Assembly: GCA_027320085.1 (NCBI GenBank)
Contig: DAHVLZ010000011.1
Span: forward strand, 64,155-128,154
Length of the DNA stretch: 64,000 nt
DNA from: Pseudomonadota bacterium
GTDB lineage: Bacteria; Pseudomonadota; Gammaproteobacteria; JAKAQQ01
Direction of reading: 5' to 3'
Below, piece by piece: positions 1-9,630 of this stretch; position 1 is the first letter of the stretch; every line of letters begins with the position of its first letter. Below the pieces are notes generated by a model. It saw only the letters and a program-made list of their open reading frames with translations. It had not been told where the DNA came from and ran no database searches. The position numbers and the translations under genes are program-made.

Positions 1-1683
1 CTGGAGGGAAGAGGCCAGGATCTGCTGGTAGGGTCCGCCCCCACCGCCCGATTGCGGCTGACGATAGGACGTGCTGTAGTTGGCGTAAACCGACCAGCCG
101 GGGAGAAAACGCCAGTTGGCAAAGAGAGACGGCTCGAGTCCCGTGAGGCTGGTTGACGAGCTGGGCAGCGCCGCCTGGTCGTGTCCCGTGGCATTCGGGA
201 AATCCGCGGATCCGTACACGTAGTAGTCGGTTCCATAATGCACGAAGCGCAGGCCCGGGGTCAGGGTGAACCGGTCGGGCAGATGGATCTCGTCCTGGGC
301 GAAGAGGGCCACCACATTCTGCTGCCAGATATCGCTCCGGTAGGAACCATTCGGCGCCACGTTGCTGCCGCCGAACAGCGGATTGTAGAAGGCATTCTTG
401 GAGTTGTACTTGCTCGTGATCCAGAAGGCCCCGAACTTGATGTCATTGGCCGGGAGCAACAGGCTGAAATAGGCCCGATCCCCGTAGGCATAGCCATGCG
501 GGTTGTTGTACTCGTAGCGGTTGGGCTGGTCCTGCTGGAAGTTGTAATCGTGAAAATGGAAACGGGAACCATAGCGGTACCAAAGCTCGGTATGGAAGCC
601 GAGATCCGAGGACAACGCCAGGTTGCTGCGGATGTAAAAGAGGTAGGTCCGATTGGCGTCATTCTTGTTCCAGACCGAATAGGGCAAGGCGCCGTAAAAA
701 CCCGTGGTCGCCTGGCTGTAGAGCGGTCCGGGGATGGGCGCGCCCGCAGCGGTGAGCCCGTTAACGGTGACGCCCGCGATCGGCTGGACCGGCACCACAT
801 TGGGCCGGAACGCCTGGCCATAGGCGGTATAGGCACCGAAACTCACACTGCCCGTGGCAAAGCGGTGCCGCGTCTTGAAGAACCAGGCATAGTCATGCCC
901 CGGGCTGGAGAACCCGTCGGGGGTCGAGCGGAAGCTGTCCTGATGGCCCACGCCGCCGGCCAGGACCGTCTCCCAGCCGTCGATCCGGCCGCTTTGTCCC
1001 TGGATGTAAAACCCCCGGGTGGCATCCGAGCCGGCCAAAAGGCTCACCTTGAACCCCGCGTTCGGACCAGGCTGGACGGGCACAAAATCAATGGCTCCGC
1101 CGATGTTGTCGTACCAGCGGTCGGCCGGCTCGCCGGGTCCGTAGGTCACGGCAATGTTCTGGATCATCTCAAGCTGGTTGACCTCCGGTGACTGCCAGAG
1201 TCCGGAAGCGACATTGTTCATGGGAATGCCGTCGAAGTTGACGGCGAGCGACCCATCGTCGATGGTGCCCCCCGAAGGCCCTCCCCAGCCCTGCTTGATC
1301 CCGTTGATGCTGAAGGAAAACTTGGTGGGACCGCCGTTACCGTAGCTGCTCACGGCCACCCCGGGAGCGATGGCCAAGGCCTGGGCGGCACCAGCGGCCG
1401 GTCCCGCAGCCCGGATCTCCTGGCGACCGAGCACCTTTTGGGCAACCGGAATCCGGAGCTGGGCCCGTTTCGATGCGGCTTCGAGCGCAAGCCGCCGCGA
1501 GTTTTTCCGGACCGAGCCGGCCTGGACCACGGTTCCGGCCGGTGGAGTCTTGGCGTGGGAGACCGGAACAGAGACGAGGCCCGCAAGGACGATGAGGCCC
1601 ACTGTCCACTCCCGTGTCTTCCTCCCGTTGCCCGTTCTTTTCCCCAATGGATTTTGGCTTTTATCGTTACCGACATGCAGCAT
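1..1683 (-). CDS. TonB-dependent outer-membrane receptor (5' part; runs off the window edge)
   Basis: Not in the ORF track because there is no stop in the window. Manual translation from ATG 1683: signal peptide (…WTVGLIVLAGLVSVPVSHA), plug-like region (QALAIAPGVAVSSYG…SINGI…VNFDGIPMNN…IQNIAVTYGPG…NIGGAIDFVP), then aromatic beta-strands (LFAQDEIHLPDRFTLTPGLRF; WSVYANYSTSYR). Lies downstream of tonB. Confidence 0.88.
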   Translation of the reverse strand, partial: MLHVGNDKSQNPLGKRTGNGRKTREWTVGLIVLAGLVSVPVSHAKTPPAGTVVQAGSVRKNSRRLALEAASKRAQLRIPVAQKVLGRQEIRAAGPAAGAAQALAIAPGVAVSSYGNGGPTKFSFSINGIKQGWGGPSGGTIDDGSLAVNFDGIPMNNVASGLWQSPEVNQLEMIQNIAVTYGPGEPADRWYDNIGGAIDFVPVQPGPNAGFKVSLLAGSDATRGFYIQGQSGRIDGWETVLAGGVGHQDSFRSTPDGFSSPGHDYAWFFKTRHRFATGSVSFGAYTAYGQAFRPNVVPVQPIAGVTVNGLTAAGAPIPGPLYSQATTGFYGALPYSVWNKNDANRTYLFYIRSNLALSSDLGFHTELWYRYGSRFHFHDYNFQQDQPNRYEYNNPHGYAYGDRAYFSLLLPANDIKFGAFWITSKYNSKNAFYNPLFGGSNVAPNGSYRSDIWQQNVVALFAQDEIHLPDRFTLTPGLRFVHYGTDYYVYGSADFPNATGHDQAALPSSSTSLTGLEPSLFANWRFLPGWSVYANYSTSYRQPQSGGGGGPYQQILASSLQ

Positions 1684-1766
1684 GATGATGATTCCCCAGG
1701 TTAGGTTTTATGAATAGACGCCAGTCACGGGGGATCCCCCTTGGGAGGATCCCCGGACCGATGCAT

Positions 1767-2531
1767 TTAGGCCGATACGTTGAGATGGACCCACAGCGCG
1801 AAGGTCGTGTTGACACGGGTCATCCGCGGCTCGAACGGCGGAAAGTCGGCACCCCGGACCGCCTTCAGGGCGGCATGGTCCAAGATGCCCGAGCCGCTCG
1901 ACCGCACCACCCGTGCCCACAGCATCTGGCCATCTGGCCGCAGGCGGAACTCAACCAGAGTCCGACCCCGGAGTCCCATCTCCCGCGCGATGGACGGCAC
2001 GACGAGGGCCGCACGAACCTGCTGGCGCAGGATAGCGGTGTAGAGGGCCAAGGGATTGATGGCACCCTGAGCGGCCGGCGGATGACTGGCGGACGGGTGG
2101 GGCAGGAAGAGGGCACGCGGGACCGGCAGGCCACCCGCCACCGGGGTGAGCGGCACGAGATGGGGCAGAACCGGGGTCAGATCCGAGGTCGGATGGACAG
2201 GAGGCGGGGGCTGCACCACCGGCTTCGGGGGTGTCCGCGGCGGGGCGACCAGCTTGACCGAGGTCACGGGGGGCGGAGCCGTGGTCTGGGACAGCTGCCC
2301 CGTCATCACCCACAGTCCGAGTCCGGCCATGAGCAGGAGCTCGACGGCGATCGCCATGCCGGCCGAGCGCCAGAAGGGCGGCCGGAGCCCATCCATCGCA
2401 AAAGCGGTTTCCGCGGGGGCCAGGCGTGGCCGGGCCGGAACCGAGGACTCCGGATGCCCGGGTCTTTTCAGGGACTCCGGGCCTAGGTCAAGAACTTCTA
2501 CAACGGCATTCATGGCAATACTCCGGTTCAC
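1767..2531 (-). CDS. tonB: Energy transducer TonB family protein
   Basis: N-terminal TM helix, Pro-rich linker (PPRTPPKPVVQPPPP), TonB_C-like domain (PSIAREMGLRGRTLVEFRLRPDG…RSSGSGILDHAALKAVR). The start could instead be ATG 2513. Confidence 0.85.
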   Translation of the reverse strand: MNRSIAMNAVVEVLDLGPESLKRPGHPESSVPARPRLAPAETAFAMDGLRPPFWRSAGMAIAVELLLMAGLGLWVMTGQLSQTTAPPPVTSVKLVAPPRTPPKPVVQPPPPVHPTSDLTPVLPHLVPLTPVAGGLPVPRALFLPHPSASHPPAAQGAINPLALYTAILRQQVRAALVVPSIAREMGLRGRTLVEFRLRPDGQMLWARVVRSSGSGILDHAALKAVRGADFPPFEPRMTRVNTTFALWVHLNVSA

Positions 2532-3235
2532 GCATCAGGAAGGGATTGGGATGGTTTCGGCGGCTGCGCCCGTTCGGGCCGGAACCGGTAACCAAACCGG
2601 AAAACGGTTTCAATCACCTGGCCCTGCCCGCGGGCCAGTAGCGCCTTGCGCAGGCGCGCGACATGGGCATCGACCGTGCGGAGATCGACCTGCGAACGAC
2701 CGCCCCAGAGCACTTCGACGAGTTCCTCGCGGTGATGAAGACGGTTCGGATATTCGAGGAAGTGGGCCATGAGAAGGTATTCCATGGGTCTCAGGTGGAT
2801 CTCTTCGCCACCGATGCTCACGGTATGGTTCCCCACGTCCAAGGCAAAGGGACCGGCCTGGAGACGGGCTGGGGATGGCTCGTCCACGCCCCTATCCGAC
2901 TCCCGACCCGCAACCCGCGGTCGCCCGGCCAGATGGGCCGGGTGCCCATCCATGCCCCGCACCGGTGACCGTTCCGGGATGATGAGACCGCTCCAGGCAT
3001 GACGGCCCAGCCAACGCGCCAGTTCTTCCTGTTCGGCTTCGGTCAGGGCTGCACCGGCCACCACCAGCCAGTCGACCTCCTCCATCTCCGCCTCGGTCAG
3101 CCCACCGGGCACGACTTGCATGGCCTGTGACAGGAAATCGCGCTCGAGCAGACGCTTGAGACCGGGATCGAGCTGGTGCACGGGCCCGATCACGAGACTC
3201 TTGGCGCCGGCTGGAATCACCCGTCTCCACTCCAC
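2528..3235 (-). CDS. OmpR/PhoB-family winged-helix regulator with degenerate (pseudo-)receiver domain
   Basis: PhoB-like C-terminal domain (LRPMEY…REELVEVLWG…RTVDAHVARLRKAL…IETVFRFGYRF). The N-terminus lacks the receiver acidic pocket. GGAGG RBS at 3243-3247. Confidence 0.85.
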   Translation of the reverse strand: MEWRRVIPAGAKSLVIGPVHQLDPGLKRLLERDFLSQAMQVVPGGLTEAEMEEVDWLVVAGAALTEAEQEELARWLGRHAWSGLIIPERSPVRGMDGHPAHLAGRPRVAGRESDRGVDEPSPARLQAGPFALDVGNHTVSIGGEEIHLRPMEYLLMAHFLEYPNRLHHREELVEVLWGGRSQVDLRTVDAHVARLRKALLARGQGQVIETVFRFGYRFRPERAQPPKPSQSLPDA

Positions 3236-3275
3236 GGTCCTGCCTCCGGGTCACGCCCGCTACTTCGACGCGCCT

Positions 3276-3353
3276 ATCCTAGAAAACGAACATGTCGCCT
3301 TCGTGAATGACTCGTGACAGAAAAATGAATCAAAAATGACAAAAACATGACGG
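3276..3353 (-). promoter_or_regulatory. Tandem Pho-box array (6 half-sites, 11-bp period) with a -10 element
   Basis: Minus strand reads CCGTCAT gttt TTGTCAT tttt GATTCAT tttt CTGTCAC gagt CATTCAC gaag GCGACAT, then 10 bp, then TAGGAT (3276-3281). This fits the CTGTCAT-N4 PhoB consensus and Pho-promoter geometry. The two half-sites nearest the -10 are weak matches. Confidence 0.8.
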
Positions 3354-3437
3354 ATATGCCGGCCCCGATCACCTCCACCGGCTGCAGGTCACACCCATGA
3401 CGGAATGACCGGCTTTTCGGCCCGTGCCCGGAAGGTC

Positions 3438-3487
3438 TTGACTGACCGGGCCGACATGCTATATTTGATTAAAGTTCATAAATCAAA
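3438..3487 (+). promoter_or_regulatory. sigma70 promoter of umuDC with overlapping inverted repeat (candidate operator)
   Basis: TTGACT (3438-3443), 16 bp, TG-c-TATATT (3457-3465). Inverted repeat TTTGATT-N10-AATCAAA at 3464-3487. AGGAG RBS follows. Confidence 0.65.
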
Positions 3488-3501
3488 AGGAGATCTCATC
3501 G

Positions 3502-4083
3502 ATGTCTCCCCGTGGTGGCCGGAGAAGCGGTGCCGGCCGCAAGCCGGGCAGCGGACGCTATGGCGAACCCACCCGTCCGTGGCGCATTCCGCAGAGTCTC
3601 GAACCGCTCCTCGCAGCCTGGCTTGCGGCCCATACCGACCGGACAGGCCGGCGACCCCAGGCCGTAGCTTCCCTGAAACCCGCTGGCGTACGGCGCACCC
3701 TCCTCCGTCCGACAGTCCGGGTACCGGCGGGTTTCCCCTCCCCGGCCGATGATTTCTTCGAAGCAGGCATCGATCTCAACGAACACCTCATCGTGGCCGG
3801 ACATGAGGCCCAGACTTTCCTTGTCCGGGTCACCGGCTGGTCGATGATCGGGGCAGGCATCCATGACGGGGACGAGGTACTGGTCGACCGGGCGATCGAA
3901 CCGCGCGATGGGGCGGTCGTGGTCGTCGCCCGTAACGGAGAATTGTCGATCAAGCGCCTCCGGCTTTCCGACGACCAGATCACCCTGGTTTCCGAAAATC
4001 CGGACTATCCGCCGGTCGTCTGGCGTGAAGGTGAAGACTGGCACTTCTGGGGAGTGGCCATCCGTGTCCTTCACCGTCTCTAG
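3502..4083 (+). CDS. umuD: UmuD/LexA-family S24 peptidase with N-terminal extension (UmuDAb-like)
   Basis: Cleavage site [11 protein letters not shown], catalytic Ser ([15 protein letters not shown]) and Lys (LSIKRL). N-terminal [12 protein letters not shown]…[11 protein letters not shown] extension. Confidence 0.9.
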   Translation: MSPRGGRRSGAGRKPGSGRYGEPTRPWRIPQSLEPLLAAWLAAHTDRTGRRPQAVASLKPAGVRRTLLRPTVRVPAGFPSPADDFFEAGIDLNEHLIVAGHEAQTFLVRVTGWSMIGAGIHDGDEVLVDRAIEPRDGAVVVVARNGELSIKRLRLSDDQITLVSENPDYPPVVWREGEDWHFWGVAIRVLHRL

Positions 4084-5365
4084 CCTTCCCCTGACCGCCT
4101 TGATCGACGTCAACAATTTTTACGTTTCCTGTGAGCGTCTGTTTGATCCGTCACTCGCCGAACGGTCGGTCGTGGTTCTTTCCAACAACGACGGATGCAT
4201 CGTGGCGCGTTCGGATGAGGCCAAGGCACTGGGTTTCCCCATGGGCGCCCCATGGTTCCGCTGGCGCACATTGGCCCGCCGCTCGGGAACCATCGCGCTG
4301 AGCAGCAACTACGAGCTCTACGGTGACATGAGCCGGCGCATCATGCGCCTGGCTTCAGGCTTTGCCGACGAGCAGGAGATCTACTCGATCGACGAATGCT
4401 TCCTCAGCTGGCACCCGTTCCCGGCCGGCCGCTCCGCGGCCCGCACCGGAGAGGCCATGCGCGCCGACCTCGAGCGGTGGACCGGTCTACCCGTCAAGAT
4501 CGGTTTGGCCACAACCCGGACCCTGGCCAAACTGGCCACCCACTGGGCCAAGACCCGACCCGGAGCGGTACTGGCATGGCCCGAGCTGTCGCCGGATGAA
4601 CAGGCGGAGATCCTCCGTCGGACACCCCTCTCCGCACTCTGGGGAATCGGCCCGAACCGTGCCCACCAGCTGGGCCAGGACGGCATCCTGAATGCGGCCG
4701 ATCTCGTCCGCTGCAACCCCGGCCGGATCGCCGACCGCTTTGACCGACCCCTCGCACAAACCGTCCATGAACTGCGTGGCACGCCCATTTTCGGCAGCTC
4801 CCATCCCTCACCCACGGCACGCCAAAGCATTCTTTCGAGCCGCTCCTTCGGTGGCCCGGTGACGGATCCCGCCCTTTTGGCCGACAGCCTGTGCGTCTAC
4901 ATGAGCCGGGCCGCAGACAAGCTCCGTGGCGAGGGGGCCTCCGCTCTCACGGCCGGCATCTGGCTGGAAAGCCGGCAACGGGGCCGGCCCCGCCCCATCA
5001 CGCGATGGCGTCTCCAGGGACTCCCCCGTCCGACTTCCGACTCCCGATCCCTGATCGCCGCAGCGCTGGCCCTGCTGGCATCCCTCCACGAACCCGGACT
5101 CCCCTACACCAAATCCGGTGTCTACCTGGGCGATCTCGTACCGGAGGGTGCCGGCAGCGGCAACCTGTTCGATCGCCCAAACGCTACCGGCCGCGAGGAT
5201 CGTCTCTCCCGTCTCATTGACGAGATCCACCGGCGCTTCGGTCCACACGGCCTGGGCTACGGGGCGAGCGGCCTCGCCCATTCCCCGGCCTGGAATCCCA
5301 AACGGGACTTCCGCTCACCCGCCTATACCACCGACTGGCATCACCTACCCCTCGTCCGCGCCTGA
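4064..5365 (+). CDS. umuC: Y-family DNA polymerase V catalytic subunit
   Basis: [46 protein letters not shown]-terminal [15 protein letters not shown] start at 4064 inferred. Confidence 0.92.
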   Translation: MSFTVSSLPLTALIDVNNFYVSCERLFDPSLAERSVVVLSNNDGCIVARSDEAKALGFPMGAPWFRWRTLARRSGTIALSSNYELYGDMSRRIMRLASGFADEQEIYSIDECFLSWHPFPAGRSAARTGEAMRADLERWTGLPVKIGLATTRTLAKLATHWAKTRPGAVLAWPELSPDEQAEILRRTPLSALWGIGPNRAHQLGQDGILNAADLVRCNPGRIADRFDRPLAQTVHELRGTPIFGSSHPSPTARQSILSSRSFGGPVTDPALLADSLCVYMSRAADKLRGEGASALTAGIWLESRQRGRPRPITRWRLQGLPRPTSDSRSLIAAALALLASLHEPGLPYTKSGVYLGDLVPEGAGSGNLFDRPNATGREDRLSRLIDEIHRRFGPHGLGYGASGLAHSPAWNPKRDFRSPAYTTDWHHLPLVRA

Positions 5366-6094
5366 TCCAAAAGCCGGTGACCGGATGCGCGTCACCCGGA
5401 GATCATGGATATCCGCGCCCTGCTGCCGGGCACGTCGTTCGAAGCGGGTGGGCACCCGAAGGGCGGCCGGATCGTTCCGGCATGCCGCGGGTTGGCAGAA
5501 CCGGGAATCAGCGGCAAAACAGGCTGTCATGGCCGCCGCATAGTCCGCATCGTCAGTGGCGAGCCAGATCTGCCCTCCATCCCATAGCACCCGGGCCAGG
5601 TGGTCCAGAAGGGGCGGAGCCACGAGGCGCCTTTTGTGATGGCGCCGCTTGGGCCAGGGATCCGGGAAAAAGATCAGCACCCGGTCCAAGCAGGTCTCCG
5701 ACAGGGACTTCTCCAAGACCTCCAGGACATCGGCCGCATACAGGCGGAGATTCGTGAGCGGGGCCGACATGAGCCGCATGAGTAGGGCACCCAGGCCGGG
5801 GCGGTAGACATCTACTCCAATAAAATCCTCGCCGGGGAAACGGCGGGCCAGGGTTTCGAGATTGACCCCATCCCCAAAACCGACTTCGAGCGTCAGGGGA
5901 GCCCGACGGCCGAAAATGGCCTGGGCGTCAAATGGGGTGTGTGCATCGAGACCGTAACGGGGCCAGCATGAGGCCAAAGCCTGGCGCTGGGCAGGGGTGA
6001 GACGTCCCTCGCGCCGAACATAGCTCCGGACCGGCCTGAGTCCGGATCCGGGCTCAGGCCGCCGTGTCGCGCCGGGGAGAGGAGGCCGAGGCAT
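5345..6094 (-). CDS. trmB: tRNA (guanine-N7)-methyltransferase
   Basis: [44 protein letters not shown]. Start uncertain. Confidence 0.93.
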   Translation of the reverse strand: MPRPPLPGATRRPEPGSGLRPVRSYVRREGRLTPAQRQALASCWPRYGLDAHTPFDAQAIFGRRAPLTLEVGFGDGVNLETLARRFPGEDFIGVDVYRPGLGALLMRLMSAPLTNLRLYAADVLEVLEKSLSETCLDRVLIFFPDPWPKRRHHKRRLVAPPLLDHLARVLWDGGQIWLATDDADYAAAMTACFAADSRFCQPAACRNDPAALRVPTRFERRARQQGADIHDLRVTRIRSPAFGSGADEG

Positions 6095-6857
6095 GGCTCT
6101 TCGGTGCCATCCGACCGGCACGGTAGGCCCGCCGGCCGGCGATCACCGCATCGCGCATGGCTTGGGCCATGAGCACCGGATCACGTGCAGAGGCGATCGC
6201 CGTGTTCATGAGCACGGCTTCACATCCGAGTTCCATCGCGATGGCGGCGTCGGAAGCCGTTCCCACCCCCGCATCGACCAGGACTGGCACCCGGCAACGT
6301 TCCACGATCAACCGGATGTTATGGGGGTTCAGGATACCCAGTCCGGATCCGATCGGGGCCGCAAGCGGCATGACCGCGTGGGCACCAGCCTCGGCCAGCC
6401 GTTGGGCCAGAACCGGATCGTCCGTGGTATAGACCAAAACCCAGAATCCTTCCGCGACCAGCCGTTCGGTCGCCCGCAGGGTCTCGAGTCCATCCGGATA
6501 GAGGGACAGGTCATCACCCACCACTTCAAGCTTGACGAGCGGGGCGCCATCAAGCAGGGCGCGGGCCTGGCGGGCAACCCGGATGGCTTCCTCGGCCGTC
6601 CGGCAACCGGCCGTATTCGGCAGGATCGTGTAACGATCGGGTGACAGAAAATCCAGGAGGTTGGGGCGCTCCCGGTCCTGGCCGATATTGGTGCGGCGGA
6701 TGGCCACCGTCACGATCTCGGCCCCGCTCGCCTCGACCGCGTCCCGCGTCTGTTCCAGATCCCGGTACTTGCCGGTCCCGACCAAAAGACGCGAGTGGAA
6801 GCGGCGGCCGGCCAGCAGCCAGTCGTCGTCCCCGTCCCGGGTGGCCAGCGTCCCCAT
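6054..6857 (-). CDS. thiG: Thiazole synthase
   Basis: [46 protein letters not shown]. Confidence 0.96.
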   Translation of the reverse strand: MGTLATRDGDDDWLLAGRRFHSRLLVGTGKYRDLEQTRDAVEASGAEIVTVAIRRTNIGQDRERPNLLDFLSPDRYTILPNTAGCRTAEEAIRVARQARALLDGAPLVKLEVVGDDLSLYPDGLETLRATERLVAEGFWVLVYTTDDPVLAQRLAEAGAHAVMPLAAPIGSGLGILNPHNIRLIVERCRVPVLVDAGVGTASDAAIAMELGCEAVLMNTAIASARDPVLMAQAMRDAVIAGRRAYRAGRMAPKSHASASSPRRDTAA

Positions 6858-6861
6858 GCGC

Positions 6862-7062
6862 CTAGCCGCCACCCACGGCCTGGATGACCTCGACGACATC
6901 CCCCTCGCCCAGCTGGTGTTCCGGATACTCGCTCTTCGGGATGACCCGACCGTTGCATTCGATGGCCCGCTTGCCCGGACCGAGGGCCAAAACGTCGATG
7001 AGGCCTGCAACCGTGAGAGCTGCATTCACCTCGCGAGGCTCGCCATTCACGATAATGCGCAT
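6862..7062 (-). CDS. thiS: Sulfur carrier protein ThiS
   Basis: 66 aa, MRIIVNGE…[12 protein letters not shown], with C-terminal GG; upstream of thiG. Confidence 0.93.
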   Translation of the reverse strand: MRIIVNGEPREVNAALTVAGLIDVLALGPGKRAIECNGRVIPKSEYPEHQLGEGDVVEVIQAVGGG

Positions 7063-7220
7063 CCTTGCAATTCTACCCCTCGCGGTTGCGGCAATCCATC
7101 CCAGAAACCGCCTCCCCGGACCCGGGGGGCCGCCATCCCCGGGCCGGCGCGGGGGTTCTGGTAAAATTCCAAGGTCATGCATGACCCTCCGGCCGCACCC
7201 CCCGCCACCCCCCCCCTTCC

Positions 7221-8531
7221 ATGACCCTCGCGCTCATCGGCATCAGTCATGCGAGCGCTCCCCTGCAGCTCCGCGAACCATTGGCTGTCTCCCCGGAACG
7301 GCTGGTGCCGGAACTTCAACGGGCACGCTCGGATCCCAGCCTGTCTGAAGTCGTGATCCTCTCCACCTGCAACCGGACCGAACTCTACTATCACTCGGAT
7401 CAGGAGGCCACCCCGGCGCTCGAGTCCGGCCGTCGCTGGCTCGTCGGCCTCAATCCGGAGGCGACCCCCGATGCGCTCGCCCCCCATATCTACGGACATG
7501 AATCCCTGGACGTGATCCGCCACCTGCTCCGGGTTGCCTCCGGCCTCGACTCCCAGGTGGTGGGGGAGCCGCAGATTCTGGGACAGGTCAAGGAGGCCTA
7601 TGAACAGGCCCATCAAAACGGCTTCGTCGGACCGGAACTCAACCGGATGTTCCAGTTCGTCTTTCTCACGGCCAAGCAGGTCCGCCAGGATTCCGGGATC
7701 GGCCTCAAACCCGTCTCCGTGGCCTCGCTCGGCGTCCGTCTCGCCGAAGAAATCTTCGACGACTTTCCCTCACGAACAGCCTTGCTCATCGGCGCCGGGG
7801 AGACCATCGAACTCTCGTTGCAGCACCTTTCCCGCCTGCCGATTTCCCGCTTCATCATCGCCAACCGTTCACTGGAACGGGCCCGGCGGCTCGCCCACCC
7901 GCGCGGCGGATACGCCATCACGCTCGATGAAATCCCGGATCACTTGGCGGAGGCGGACCTCATCTTCACGGCCGTACAGTCATCTGAGCCATTGCTCACG
8001 GCCCGGGAGTTCAAGACGGCGCTCGCCAAGCGCCGCCACGCACCCGTGTTCGTCATGGACCTCGGCCTGCCGCGCAATGTGGATCCGGAGGTCGGCCAGC
8101 TGCCCGGCCTCTTCCTCTACACCCTCGAGCACCTCGAGTCCCTGGCCCGGCAGAACCGTCATGAACGCCGCCGGGCGGCCGAAACCGCCGAAGGGGTGAT
8201 CGACGAGGCGCTCCGCGAATATGCCACGAACCTGCGGGGACGCCAGGCCATCCCCACCATCTGCGCGCTCCGTGAAAAGGCCCAACGGACGCGTCTCGAG
8301 ACTCTGGCCCAGGCCCGCGGGCTCCTCGAGCGGGGTGAGGCACCCGAGGCCGTCCTGGAACATCTGGCGCACAGCCTGACCAACCGTCTTCTGCATACCC
8401 CAACTGTCCAGCTGCGCGAGGCCGCCCAAGAAGGCCGCGACACGCTCATCCTGGCCGCCCGCGACCTGTTCGGCCTGGGCGAGACTCCGTCTCCCGAGGC
8501 TCCGCCCCCGGGAAAACCAGCTCCGTCGTGA
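7221..8531 (+). CDS. hemA: Glutamyl-tRNA reductase
   Basis: LSTCNRTELY, VASGLDSQVVGEPQILGQVK, LIGAGE, DLGLPRNVD. Confidence 0.96.
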   Translation: MTLALIGISHASAPLQLREPLAVSPERLVPELQRARSDPSLSEVVILSTCNRTELYYHSDQEATPALESGRRWLVGLNPEATPDALAPHIYGHESLDVIRHLLRVASGLDSQVVGEPQILGQVKEAYEQAHQNGFVGPELNRMFQFVFLTAKQVRQDSGIGLKPVSVASLGVRLAEEIFDDFPSRTALLIGAGETIELSLQHLSRLPISRFIIANRSLERARRLAHPRGGYAITLDEIPDHLAEADLIFTAVQSSEPLLTAREFKTALAKRRHAPVFVMDLGLPRNVDPEVGQLPGLFLYTLEHLESLARQNRHERRRAAETAEGVIDEALREYATNLRGRQAIPTICALREKAQRTRLETLAQARGLLERGEAPEAVLEHLAHSLTNRLLHTPTVQLREAAQEGRDTLILAARDLFGLGETPSPEAPPPGKPAPS

Positions 8532-8532
8532 C

Positions 8533-9630
8533 ATGGACCCGACGGATCCCCTCCTCGAACGTCTGCGTCCGCTCGTGGAGCGCCACGCGGAACTCACCCG
8601 CCACCTGGCCCATAGCGAAACCATCGCCGACCGCGGGCAGTTCCAGACCCTGAGCCAGGAATGGGCACGGCTCGATCCGGTGGTCCGGGCAGGGACCGAA
8701 CTCAGAGGCCTCCTTCACGAACGCGAGGAAACCGAACGCCTGGCCCGCTCGGAACCGGACCGGGATCTCGGCCTCCTCGCGCGTGAGGAGCAGGCCCGGC
8801 TGGACGGACTGATCGCGGCCTGCAGGCTCCGCCTGACCGAACTCACGACGCCCCGCGATCCGCTCGAGGAGCTGAACTGCTTTCTTGAAATCCGGGCGGC
8901 AACAGGCGGACTCGAGGCGGCGCTTTTTGCCGGCAGCCTGTTCCGCATGTACAGCCGCTACGCGGAACGGCGGGGCTGGACGATCGACCTTCTCGGGCAG
9001 CATCCCGGAGAACAGGGAGGGTTCAAGGAGATCATCAGCCGCATCGCCGGCCCCGGTGCCTATGCCGCGCTGCGCCACGAAGGCGGAACGCACCGGGTTC
9101 AACGGGTCCCCAAGACCGAATCCCAGGGCCGGATCCACACCTCGACCGCCACGGTGGCCGTCCTGCCCGAAACCCCGGAGGGTCCGGGACGGATCGAGAT
9201 CCCGAGCCAGGAGCTCCGCATCGACACCTTCCGCGCCTCGGGGGCCGGGGGACAACACGTCAACAAGACCGAATCCGCCGTCCGTCTCACCCATCTGCCG
9301 ACCGGGCTCGTGGTGGAGTGCCAGGACGAGCGGTCCCAGCACAAAAACCGCGCTCGCGCCCTGTCGCTGCTCACGGCCCGCCTCACGGCGCTCCGGCAGG
9401 CCGAGGAAACCGAACGGGTCCATGCGCAGAGGCGGGACATGATCGGCGGCGGGCTACGCGCCGAAAAGATCCGCACCTACAACTTTCCCCAGAACCGGGT
9501 CACCGACCACCGTATCGGCCTCAGTCTCTACTCACTCGAATCCCTGCTTGAGGGCGATCTCGACCCCCTCGTCACCGCGCTGCGCGCAGCCCAGGCTGCC
9601 TCAACCGGGGGTGGAGGGGGTTCCGGCTGA
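8533..9630 (+). CDS. prfA: Peptide chain release factor 1
   Basis: HRVQRVPKTE (PxT), GAGGQHVNKT (GGQ), IRTYNFPQNRVTDHRI. Confidence 0.96.
   Translation: MDPTDPLLERLRPLVERHAELTRHLAHSETIADRGQFQTLSQEWARLDPVVRAGTELRGLLHEREETERLARSEPDRDLGLLAREEQARLDGLIAACRLRLTELTTPRDPLEELNCFLEIRAATGGLEAALFAGSLFRMYSRYAERRGWTIDLLGQHPGEQGGFKEIISRIAGPGAYAALRHEGGTHRVQRVPKTESQGRIHTSTATVAVLPETPEGPGRIEIPSQELRIDTFRASGAGGQHVNKTESAVRLTHLPTGLVVECQDERSQHKNRARALSLLTARLTALRQAEETERVHAQRRDMIGGGLRAEKIRTYNFPQNRVTDHRIGLSLYSLESLLEGDLDPLVTALRAAQAASTGGGGGSG

Noticed and set aside
181-1191. 336-aa plus-strand ORF
   Set aside because: Antisense shadow of the TonB-dependent receptor frame; no recognisable motifs.
3465-3486. FNR box (TTGAT…ATCAA)
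   Set aside because: The spacer is 12 nt, not the 4 nt FNR requires; kept only as a generic inverted repeat.
3863-4063. Long N-terminal extension of UmuC in the ORF track
   Set aside because: It overlaps the umuD core in another frame; UmuC homology begins near 4064-4095.
7063-7220. TPP riboswitch upstream of thiS-thiG
   Set aside because: No CTGAGA-containing core motif is visible on the minus strand.
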